Source: Anolis carolinensis
Taxonomy: Eukaryota
Direction: 5' to 3'
DNA length: 64,000 nt
Assembly: GCF_035594765.1 (NCBI RefSeq)
Contig: NC_085841.1
Location: 314,783,402 to 314,847,401, forward strand
The position numbers and the translations under genes are program-made. This document shows positions 37,063-47,834 of the stretch, in pieces. How positions within the stretch are numbered: the first letter of the stretch is position 1; the number at the start of each line of letters is the position of its first letter. Under the pieces are notes generated by a model. The model saw nothing but the letters and a program-made list of their open reading frames with translations, made no database searches and was not told the DNA's origin.

Positions 37063-38116
37063 TTTACACATGGCTAAACTGCCCTGTGATTGTTAGTCCC
37101 TCTAGATTAGAATTATAGTATTAATTGAAATGACTTACAATTTCCTTTTGATCAAGTGGTTCTAGTCTACTTGGGCCTCATGACTGAATTGAGGTAGGCA
37201 CAGTAATATTTCTCTAAAGCTGGTTGGTATGAGGCATATTCTCCCAACTATCTCTCTGCTTGTTAAATGCAATATAATGCATGATTTGACATGGCAAAGA
37301 GGAGGTGTGAAGTGTATCCATCTGCACTATCCTAGACTGTTTATCAGATCAAACAAGCACACAGTAAACTCCTGGGTAAACTCCATAACACTGGAGTATA
37401 TTGTATCTCACACATTAATGGTGGAAATGGCCACTGCAGGTAAACAAGGAGGGCAGTGCTCCCTGCACAACTTGTTAAAAGCAGTGGTTGGAAAGCAAAA
37501 GTAACTGCCAAACAAAAAGACAGGTGGTCAGTGTAAAGGGTGAAAATACATGGTGTGAGGAGGAAATATTTTCATAAAAATGAGTTGTCTTCCACTCAAA
37601 GTGGGAAAGCTGGCAGATGTAAAGATATCATCTGCATTTAATAGAGACCAGTGATAAAACATCCATTGGTTTTCATGGCAGCAAACTAAATCCCACGAGC
37701 TTGTAAAGTATTTTAAATTTGATTTTTGTGATAAGGAAAACTAAAGCAGTTCCATATTTAAAATGAAAGGTTACACAGGGAATCACCTTCTCTCTCTCTC
37801 TCTCTCTCCCCCCCCTCCCCTCCCTGGATGCTGCATGAAAATACAGTCAGGCCTCCATGTTCACTGCAGTTAGGAAAACAGAACCCCCATGAAAATGAAA
37901 GATTGCAAAGAAAAAAAATGCCAATTTTACCTAAGAATTTCTAGGTCCTTTGGCATGACTCTGTGGAAACTGACCACAGAATTGCACTGGAACCCTAGAG
38001 ATTCCTAGAGAGAAGTCCTTGCTAGGAATCTCTAAATCCTCCAGTGCAACTCTATGTTTGCCCTGAAGGACCTAGAGATTCCTAGAGGGAACATTTTAAT
38101 CAGGTCCATGTACTAT

Positions 38117-39337
38117 TGTGATCGAGGTGACCACCCTCCCCCCCAGGACTTTGTAAAAGATAGTTCAAAAACCAAGACTTTATGTTCTATATTCCATATA
38201 TTTATAGTAGAAGGTGATTGAGACTTTTTTACTGGAGTTTACTGTGGATTATCCCTGCACTCTGAGGCAAGAGATAACAACTTCATGAATTGTAAGATCA
38301 TGCTGCTAAAACTCCACTTTTATGAATTTCCATATTGGGTTCCCCAGATGTTGTGAACTTCGTTCTTATCAAATGTTTTCAATTGTTTATATCATTCATG
38401 ATTCCCCTTTATGCAATGTAACCCACCTTTATGGATTCTCCCTTATTTCCTCGAAATCTATCTATCTGCCTATATGTGTTTGTACTCTTTAGGATCCCCG
38501 GAAAATATGTATTTTTCCCAGCAGGGTTTATATTCCAACTTTATTTTATTTTTCATTTTATTTCATATAATTGTCAAATCATGAAATCAAATGGGAAATA
38601 TTTTGACCCCAACATGAACCTCAGCTCCTATGACCCAGGCTTCCCCTTCCCAAAAACAAAAAGTGATTCGCCCCCAAGGCAAACATTGTCATATCTCACC
38701 CAAAGGAAAAACCAGGACATCTCAGGAAGGCACCCTGCTGGGCCCATTTCCACCCATCCTTACTTCCACCTCTGACACCCCAAGGCATATCTGAAATCAG
38801 TGTACATGACAGGAACCCCTGATGGCTGTCATTAATCCCTTTAGAAATCGGCCGGACAGGAATTAATCTGATCTTTCCTGCCCTGTCACTTCATTGTTCC
38901 AATAACTCCCGCCTTCCCCTTCCTGATTGGCCCGGGTGGGGACAAAAAGCAGCTCCCTATTGGGCCAGCAGAGCAAGGCGGGAAACGAAAGCCCGCCTCG
39001 TTCAACCCTCTAGCCTATCCGCGATCAGATGGGCGGGGGAGCGGGGCGGGAAATTCAAGGGGCTGTCAGACTGAAACACTGTATAAATATGGCTTTATTT
39101 TTGATATATGGTACGCTAGTAGACTGAATGATCGGTACTAGTGTCCTTTTCAGCTGAATCGCTCAATAAAGACTCCTTGGCGGATTTTCCTTCATCTTTG
39201 GCGGACCTTCTTCATTTCGGCTCCAGGTTGTATTGCGGCTCATATTCTCTTATCGGCTCCGCCAAGGTCCGTTCTCTCAGGACCGGATCGGCTCTCTCCT
39301 TAAGGGGCCCGATCCCCTAGAAACGCGGTCGATAACA
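38117..39337 (+). repeat. ERV 5' LTR
   Basis: tgtgatcgag...gtcgataaca; three substitutions relative to the 3' LTR found by eye. Confidence 0.95.
38920..39170 (+). promoter_or_regulatory. ERV LTR promoter and poly(A) signals
   Basis: ATTGG (CCAAT) at 38926, GC boxes at ~39031-39050, TATAAA at 39082-39087, AATAAA at 39165-39170 (3' LTR equivalents offset +5533). Confidence 0.75.
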
Positions 39338-39342
39338 TAATT

Positions 39343-39362
39343 TGGCTTTACCACGAAGGGAC
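39343..39362 (+). promoter_or_regulatory. Primer binding site, tRNA-Arg(CCG/TCG)-like
   Basis: tggc-ttt-accacgaagggac versus the complement of the tRNA-Arg 3' end, tggc-g-accacgaagggac (recalled); lies 5 nt after the LTR. Confidence 0.75.
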
Positions 39363-39960
39363 TTGCTTGGAAGTTCCAAAAATCAATTTTTAGGCTAAAA
39401 TTCCAAGCGGCGACCTTGGTCCAAATATTCTGGAACAGGTTGGGGAGAGAAACGGCTGCAAGGAGGGCCCTCCGACCAACAATTTGACCTCATTTCACAT
39501 CTAAATTTCTCTGGCAGTCCCTTTCTCTCTCTAGATCTGATTCAGGGTACTGAACAAAGGAGCCAGATAGGAGGAAGCAGATTTTTAGCTCCTCGAAGGA
39601 AAGGCGCCAACGTGAAACAGGGGACGCCCTGAAAAAAAGGGAACCGGCTCCATTGTTGAGACCCAGGTGGGCGGAGCTCTGGAGGTATTGCACTTCGGAT
39701 CAGAGCTCGGTAACAAATTCCTGGTGAAACGCGGGAACATCTGGCACCTGGAGGTGTGTGAGAACAGTCTGGCTTGTAGATTACAGGTTCAAGGATCGTG
39801 GGGTAGGGGAACGGTTGTGTTCCCGGGGCACCTGCGGATTCCACGGACGCCAGCCATTCAGTCTTGGTGGAGGGAACTCTTGGAAGGACGAGCGGCACCT
39901 GGCCGGTTGGGTGAGTCGTTACTCCATTAACTGTCAGGGTAGGCAGGGGCTGAGCCAAGA

Positions 39961-40904
39961 ATGGGTGTTTGTTCAGCACGTCTAGGGTGTCCCACCCCAG
40001 CAGACATCCCCAGGGATTCTCCATTGGGCAAGATCCTGGCCAATTGGGGTGGGTTTGCATCGAAAAACATGGTGCAGGCCAGGTTGGGCCAACTCAGCGC
40101 GCATAAGTGGCCCCTTGTGGCCCTTGAAGGGGGAACAGCTTGCCCCCCCCCCGCTTGAGTCGCCGAATTCGGAGTGTTGGCCTAAAGGTGACTCACCATG
40201 GGGAGGGCAGGTGGTCCCAGCTTGCTTATGCCGCGATGTTCATGGCCCTAAAGCCAGGGAGAGAATTGGAGGGGGGAGGGGGTCCACGTCTTCCCATGCA
40301 GAGATTTGGGCTCCAAAAACAACCCCCCCCCCAAAGATTCCTCCCTAGACCCTTTCCCCTTACCCCCTCCTCCAGAGGATTTTCTGGACACATTTGCTTG
40401 CCTTCTCCCCACCCCATCAGCCCCCTCCTCCAATCCCCATCCCCACTTTTTCTCCTCACCCTGAGTCCTACACTGATCCTGGACTCCCAAATTGGCCTTC
40501 CAAGGGAACCCTTACTTCAGGGATCCCCCCCCCAAGAAATTCCCCTCCAGAGAGTTCAGCCCAGTCTAACGTGGAGGAGGGCTCCCAGCCCCCTCCCCTC
40601 TCACCCCGAAACACACCTGATCCAAACACTGTTCCCCTTCTCAAGACACACACACTCAACCATTCTCCACCTCTCCACCCCCCCCCAACCGAATCCCTCT
40701 AAGCCTTTTCCCATTCCACCCCAAAAAAACTCCTTCCCCCTTGCGGCCCCCCCTCCCTTAATCTCTCTCTTCCTCTCGCTCGCCCTTTTGGCCAGAGGAA
40801 CAGGGGGAAAGGAGGGGCCGTGGGGAGATGAGGATCATCAGGAAAAAGGGGGAACTGACTGTTCAGAGACCATAAAACATCCATTGCCATCCTGTTTTAT
40901 CTGA
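39961..40904 (+). pseudogene. gag: ERV gag relic: matrix domain plus Pro-rich region, frameshifted in a C10 run
   Basis: MG..IPRDSPLGKILANWGGF...KWP and, after the shift at ~40143-40152, GEGRWSQLAYAAMFMAL. These resemble class I gag MA motifs (DSPLGCIL..W..F; GKWSEIPYVQAFMAL). Splice-donor-like GG|GTGAGT at 39911; no capsid domain visible. Confidence 0.75.
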
Positions 40905-42844
40905 AGCCTGCATATTGAGTCAATAGTTTTCCAAAGAATCATTTTCCCTTCTCTCCCTCCTTTTAAAAAGCTATCTATTTTTGAATTTTTTTTGAGTCAC
41001 AGTTCAATCCCCTTTTTTCCCTCTTCTTTTCTGTTTGTTTTACCCATAACTCCAGAAACTCCCCAAAGATCCCAGAGGAACATAAATTTTTAGACTGTCA
41101 ATTTGCATTTTTTGTTGGTTACAAATTGCAAGTGGGACCTTTGATCTGGCATTCTTTCAAAATCGTCAGGTCACATCTTGAAATTAGCACAAACTAAAGG
41201 ATCCTGTGTCCCCAAAGACTCCTTTCCCTTTTTCTCTTTTTTTTTACCTAATCCCTTTGGGCAACCCTGCAAAACCCCTCCCCTTTTTGAACGCTCTCTC
41301 TCAGCCTCACCCCCCCTCCACTCCCCAACCTTCTACTCTCTCTCTTTCTCTCTCTCTCTGCGCTCATTCCTCTCTTGGAGAGAGAGGAGAAGGAGGGGCC
41401 GCGGGGAGATTGTGCAAAGAGGACACTTTTTTTCTCTTCCTGTTTTTGGAGGGGCAAAAGGGGGAGAAGATTCAGTCCTGAAGCCTGCCACCAAGATCTA
41501 TAGTTCTCCAAGGATCGCTTCCTTCTTTCAAATCAAATCTTCTCCAACTTGATATTCTGCCTTGCCTACCCTCAAATTGTACCCTTTTTTTCTTTTCTCT
41601 CTCTCTCTCTTCCCCGGCCTGAGTGAAAATCTCTCTCTCTCTCTCAAATCTCAAATCCATTTCTCCTCTCCTTCCTCTCTTCTCACCTTTTAAAATCCCT
41701 TATTTCCCTTTGTTCCCATTTTCTAGACACTATCCCTAAGATTTTACCTCAGTGTTGTCTTATATTTCCTTTGGTCCTTACAAAAGGGGGGAGGGGGGCC
41801 ATTCCTTTAGCCGCTTCTGTTTCTTAATTTCCCCTTTTCTTTCTCTCCCATCTGGGAAGCATGGCAAAGGATTTGGGTGGGGGAGGGGGACTCCCAAAAA
41901 AGTGCTGGTTAAATTTTGTGTGTTTATGTAATGTGTGGGCTGTATACTCTTCTCTACTCACCCCTTTGCCTTAAAAGCCACCAGTGATATATAGTTTTCT
42001 GGGAAGGAGGGCTGGAATGGACTAGCTTAGTGCTATGCTCTCTCTCTCCCTTTTCTTCTGTGCCATCTCACCTCCCTATTTTCAAAGGTTCAAGCCCTAA
42101 TATTTTGTGACCCCCCCCCCCAGAGAAATCCTGCTGCTTCTGTGGTTTTAACTTTTTCTTGTCTCTCTCTCTTCTCAAACCTCCCTTATCTTAGGGACAA
42201 AGGGGGGTGGAAGAATGCATGTATTTTTCTATATGTGAGTTTTTTCTCTCTCTCTCTCTTCCACTTCATGTTTTCCTAGGCCAAAATGCACTTCAACATT
42301 CTCCTTTTTCAAAGCTTCCCCCCCCCCCTTCCTTCCCAGCATCCCCATTTCTCCTTATAAACATACAGTCAAAATCCTGGTTTACTTTTATAGTAAAGGC
42401 ACTCTTTCACTCTCCACTGTTCCCCAACAATCTCCTTTCTTCCTTTCGGGTCCTTCTCCCTCCCTTTCCCTGAGTGCATGCGTGTGAATGTTTTAAAAAT
42501 CCCTCTAACTGCCTTTAATTATGAGGGGGGCAGTACAGAGTCCAGGGGACCTTCCAGGCACAGCTGAAGAGATCCAGAGGACCGGACCCAACCACCTGAC
42601 TGAGGACATCAGACCAGACTGCAAGACCCATAATCCATACCTGCCACCATGAACAGTTCTAAGACCTGGGTAGGGGCTCTCGGAGTGCGCTGTGGATTTC
42701 ATGCAGCAGCTAGAACCCAGAAGCCATTGGAGATGGTCCTGTGAGGGTAAGCCCGGACCCCCAGTCACCCAGAAGAGACAGCCCCACCTGTGGCTGATCT
42801 GAGACCCCCACGGGGGAAGCAGCCCCATCTGCCTGGCTCAGGGG

Positions 42845-43008
42845 CCAGAGACTAAGACACTGCTGAAAGGATTCTTGCACATGGCAGGCTTTTATGGCCA
42901 GACCACCGTATGGTGCCCTCCAGCTGGCCTGGTTCTGCCCTGGCAAGGGGCTACTGAGTGCAGGTCTGCCTTTGACGCTGCCAAGGAGGCCCTCATGACA
43001 TCACCAGG
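42845..43008 (+). pseudogene. pol: ERV pol relic (RT thumb/connection)
   Basis: PETKTLLKGFLHMAGF and WQGATECRSAFDAAKEALMTSP match the retroviral motifs PxTxxQLRxFLGxAGF and W..E...AF..LK.AL...P. Confidence 0.65.
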
Positions 43009-43636
43009 GGACAGAATTGGCCGCCATGGCAGAAGATGTCCCAGAAGAAGTGAACAGGATTCTACCAGTGACCACCATGAGGGAAGGATGTTCCGCCCTC
43101 ACCAGAGCTGTGCCAAAGAAGGACCCCAGGACTGCTGGAGCCCTCACAAGGTATGAGTGACTTCCCTGACTAACCCCACCACGGGAGGGAGGGGGGGCTT
43201 ATAATCTGTCCTTAGTTTCCCTAGGCACTCTCTCCTTTCCGTCTCCTCTGTTGGAGTGCTGGACCTGCCTGCAGTCACCAGGAGGCGCCGTGCTGTGAGG
43301 AGCAGAAGCTGTGCCCAGTTGCCCCCAGCTGCCAACTACAAAGGGGGGCCCAAGCTGCAGCCAAGAAAAGGCAGCCAAATGGGAGTACTGCATCACAGCC
43401 TCCATCATCCCCAGCCCTCACCACCTCCACCTTCATGCTCCATTTCCCATGACTCCAGACCAAGGGACATCTGCTTCAACACCATGGGATCACCCACCAC
43501 TGACTGAACCTCAGCTTTCACCTCTTCAAGCTCCTGCCCTCCAACAAAAGTCACAATCTGATCTACCAAGGCAGAGGCCCTGCATGCAGTGAAATGTCGG
43601 GGCTTTGGGAAATGTTCATAGCCATTTCCAAGCCCC

Positions 43637-43649
43637 GAAGGGGGGAAAA
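43637..43649 (+). promoter_or_regulatory. Polypurine tract
   Basis: gaaggggggaaaa immediately before the TG of the 3' LTR. Confidence 0.9.
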
Positions 43650-44870
43650 TGTGATCGAGGTGACCACCCTCCCCCCCAGGACTTTGTAAAAGATAGTTCA
43701 AAAACCAAGACTTTATGTTCTATATTCCATATATTTATAGTAGAAGGTGATTGAGACTTTTTTACTGGAGTTTACTGTGGATTATCCCTGCACTCTGAGG
43801 CAAGAGATAACAACTTCATGAATTGTAAGATCATGCTGCTAAAACTCCACTTTTATGAATTTCCATATTGGGTTCCCCAGATGTTGTGAACTTCGTTCTT
43901 ATCAAATGTTTTCAATTGTTTATATCATTCATGATTCCCCTTTATGCAATGTAACCCACCTTTATGGATTCTCCCTTATTTCCTCGAAATCTATCTATCT
44001 GCCTATATGTGTTTGTACTCTTTAGGATCCCCGGAAAATATGTATTTTTCCCAGCAGGGTTTATATTCCAACTTTATTTTATTTTTCATTTTATTTCATA
44101 TAATTGTCAAATCATGAAATCAAATGGGAAATATTTTGACCCCAACATGAACCTCAGCTCCTATGACCCAGGCTTCCCCTTCCCAAAAACAAAAGGTGAT
44201 TCACCCCCAAGGCAAACATTGTCATATCTCACCCAAAGGAAAAACCAGGACATCTCAGGAAGGCACCCTGCTGGGCCCATTTCCACCCATCCTTACTTCC
44301 ACCTCTGACACCCCAAGGCATATCTGAAATCAGTGTACATGACAGGAACCCCTGATGGCTGTCATTAATCCCTTTAGAAATCGGCCGGACAGGAATTAAT
44401 CTGATCTTTCCTGCCCTGTCACTTCATTGTTCCAATAACTCCCGCCTTCCCCTTCCTGATTGGCCCGGGTGGGGACAAAAAGCAGCTCCCTATTGGGCCA
44501 GCAGAGCAAGGCGGGAAACGAAAGCCCGCCTCGTTCAACCCTCTAGCCTATCCGCGATCAGATGGGCGGGGGAGCGGGGCGGGAAATTCAAGGGGCTGTC
44601 AGACTGAAACACTGTATAAATATGGCTTTATTTTTGATATATGGTACGCTAGTAGACTGAATGATCGGTACTAGTGTCCTTTTCAGCTGAATCGCTCAAT
44701 AAAGACTCCTTGGTGGATTTTCCTTCATCTTTGGCGGACCTTCTTCATTTCGGCTCCAGGTTGTATTGCGGCTCATATTCTCTTATCGGCTCCGCCAAGG
44801 TCCGTTCTCTCAGGACCGGATCGGCTCTCTCCTTAAGGGGCCCGATCCCCTAGAAACGCGGTCGATAACA
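43650..44870 (+). repeat. ERV 3' LTR
   Basis: Direct repeat of 38117-39337. Confidence 0.95.
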
Positions 44871-45539
44871 CTATCAAACTCACAAAAGTGAAATCTACAA
44901 ATGTAGAAGGCCAATTGTATTTGACCGATTTGCAGTGGTTTTCGCCTATTGCTTGAAAAGGACCACTTCTCACCTGCAACAGAAAAATGGTAATCAGATT
45001 ATGCTATTCTGTTAGAAAAGAATCATATCTTACCTTCCAACCATCTCAAAAAAAAGATAGTCAGATGGCGTTGATAGGGACAGTCCTAATTCATCTTTTG
45101 TCATCTAATTTTTTTCAGCTCTTTTTCAGTTTCTTCTCTTCCTGCTTCTTTCCTTTGTCCTCAGTTTACTTTAGTTGCTGCAAACTAAGTTCAAAGTGCA
45201 ACTAAGCTAACTCAGGAAGGAGAGAAAAAGAAAGGAGCGGCAGAAGCCTTCCTTTCCCAGTATGCTCAGGTGAAAGCAAACAATTGCAGCCTCTCTTCAG
45301 TTATGTGCTTTCCCACCTCATTTATTGCATTTGCCATCTTGATCACATTCTTGATTTTGTCTGGGGCACATCTGTCCCAGTTTTCATCTGTGAAATGTTA
45401 CAGGGTACATATGGAAGGAGTGAAACCAGGTCAGGAATAATCAACGTAATACATGCAAACACTCAAATGAAATTTCTTTGATTTAATTTGAGAACCAGTT
45501 AGTGGGCAACATTCCTATAGAAATCCTGTTTTAATGACT

Positions 45540-45627
45540 GCACATTTGTATATTTTAAATGGCTATGCTAATGCTTTTATGTTAAACTGCTTTGAGTCCC
45601 CTTTGGGGGAGATAAAGTGGGGTATAA

Positions 45628-45683
<56 letters not shown>
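45540..45683 (+). mobile_element. L2-type 3' tail with (TAA)n microsatellite
   Basis: tgagtcccctttgggggagataaagtggggtataaata followed by (TAA)n. Confidence 0.7.
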
Positions 45684-45685
<2 letters not shown>

Positions 45686-46217
45686 TCTGTGCATCCTAAC
45701 AGCAACATTTTCCTGTATCTAGCAATCCCTTACTTAAGTTTATCTGTAATTTATCTATACTCCTTATGTTTTTTCTTTCCTGCCTCTAGATTTCAATGCA
45801 TTTTACATTCCCTGCTTTAACATTCAGCCATCCCTCCCCATAGATTTCTGTCTTCTTTTATCTTCCATCACCTTCCTGACCATTTCTATCATAATTGTTC
45901 CAAATGGTGACCACTTAATTTTTCTCTTAAGCCCCACAGATTTCCCCTTTTAGTGCATATTCAAATATTGTTTTGTTTCTAATCTTAATCTTTCTTTTGC
46001 TAACAAGAGGGCTATTGTCTTAATTTCTTTTCTGCAAACTTTAAGAATAAAACTTTTTCGATTTTAGCATTATTAGTAAAGCTTTCTTCTTATTCCAAAA
46101 TGTCCGTGGAGGAATGCCATACTTGTTTTGTTTTGCCTTGTTTTTTTTTTCTTTTTTAAAAGGTGTCCACACTTCTTTGGAGATTATCCCTCCTTGCCAA
46201 ATTAACCACATACCGCA

Positions 46218-46431
46218 GGGTGCATCTATACTGTACAATTAATGCAGTTTAATTTAACTGCCATAGCTCAATACTATGGAATCATGGTAGTTGGAGTTAA
46301 CATGGTCTTTAGCCTTCTCTGTCAAAGAGTGCTGATGCTTTAGCAAACTACAAATCTCAGGATTCCATAGCATTGAGCCATAGCAATTAAAGTGGTTTCA
46401 AATTGCATTAATTCTGCAGTGTAGAAGTCCC
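46218..46431. mobile_element. Harbinger-like palindromic MITE
   Basis: gggtgcatctatactgta...tgcagtgtagaagtccc. Confidence 0.75.
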
Positions 46432-47237
46432 CACAGTGTCCAAAATAGATTCCCTTCCCTGTTTAGTCTTTAAAGCTTTCTCTTTTTCCCCTTCTTCACA
46501 TCCCTCTTCCATTGCTTTATAATTTTATAAGCTCTTCAGTGATGTATAAAATGTGCAAAAATATGTCCCAGTAAAAACAATAAAACCCGGCAAACTGTGT
46601 TAATAGTGTGTTACTTTGGTCATGATAACTTCCTTTTATGCACTGTATATTGTTTTGAGGGTCCTGGTTGACCATAAACAGTGGCATTAAAATAAATGCT
46701 AGTAAAGACAAATACTAATATTTGCATTTGCAACAACATAGGGGTTTGCTGCCCAATAGACTTTCAGCTGCTGTGCCCATCCATGCCAATATATCTATAT
46801 TTCCCTGAGTCCATATCATTTAAAAACAATTTGTTCCTTCATGATAGGGGTGGTCTTTTTGTCAGAATTTTATTTTCAACTTAGGGCTATCTTCATCTCT
46901 GCATATTGTATGTTTGTTGTTCTTTCCTGTTTAAAATAATGAGGGCTTTACTAATTTTGCAAGATTGACGAAATAAGAGACTATGTTCTATAACTCTTAA
47001 CAATTAAGTGTCTTTGAAGATGAGATGAAGGCTGCCACTATAGGCAACAGCTATCTTGCTGATGAGAACATTTTACATAAACCACATAGAGCTGGTTCTA
47101 AAACAACAGTGTCAGCTCCCAATGTGCTTTAGAATTGGAATTCAAAGTCTTGGCGATGATATTTAAAGGCCCAAATAGGTTGGTACTTCAGTACCCAAAG
47201 GAGTGTCTCTCTTGATGTATTTCTGCCTAACCACTGA

Positions 47238-47834
47238 GGGTGTATCCAGACAGCATCTACAGTGTGCACCCTCCCAAGTTTTCCCCTGGGGTGTGTGTCT
47301 ATATGATGCCTCAGAGAAAAATGAATGTTTTCTGGACATAGCAGGAAACCCCTGCTTTGTTGTGAAATAATTTGTCAGCTGGAAAGACCCTGGTCTTTGC
47401 AGCTGCAGGCACTGTGGAGATGGGCCTGGGGATTGCACTGTGCGACTTCTGGTGCCCATCTACACATCGGTCTTGGGTTTCCTGGGTTCCAGGAGCCCAA
47501 GAAACATGAGACAGCCCCAACCCCTCCCAAAAACCCCCAGAGAGAAGGTTGGCATGGATGGGCACAGCAGCTGGAAGCCCCCACCCCTCCCAAAACCAGG
47601 AGAGCTCCGGGGAAGGGGGAATGACAGCTGGGTAAGTTATTCTCCATTTTAAAGACTTTTCTAGGGGGTTTTGTTTAGTGTCTGGTGTCCTGCTGGAAAG
47701 TCTGACAAGGCATCTGAACACCACCAACCCCAGGAAAGCGTGGATGTTGGGGAGAGGTGTCTGGACTTCCACCGGGCCCAATTGTATTTAAGAAACACAA
47801 TCGCTCCTGGGTTAAAAGCTGTCTGGAACCATCC
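47238..47834. mobile_element. PIF/Harbinger non-autonomous element
   Basis: TIRs gggtgtatccagacagc / gctgtctggaaccatcc; 3-bp TSD tga. Confidence 0.75.

Larger units (their letters stand above)
38117..44870 (+). mobile_element. Non-autonomous class I (gamma/ERV9-HERV-W-like) endogenous retrovirus, recently inserted
   Basis: Two 1221-bp TG...CA LTRs, 4-bp TSD ctat (38113-38116 and 44871-44874), PBS, PPT, a gag matrix relic and an RT thumb relic. Confidence 0.93.
37844..44917. mobile_element. Tigger-like non-autonomous element split by the ERV insertion (37844-38116 and 44871-44917)
   Basis: TA-cagtcaggcctcc ... gaaggccaattg-TA; body matches the reverse of 4522-4883 and resumes after the ERV TSD. 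Confidence 0.7.

Noticed and set aside
38431-38775. 114-aa ORF duplicated at 43964-44308
   Set aside because: The duplication simply reflects the near-identical LTRs. The sequence is AT-rich with no motif and offers no divergent copy to show constraint, unlike the Gypsy U3 ORF.
39602-39625. Second PBS-like string (ggcgccaacgtgaaacaggggac, tRNA-Lys-like)
   Set aside because: About 265 nt from the LTR, lacks the TGG start and is only a partial match; the Arg-like PBS is correctly positioned.
43160-43620. Possible integrase and env relics in the ERV interior
   Set aside because: Only vague resemblance (e.g. LTPPREG); too degraded to call without an HMM search.
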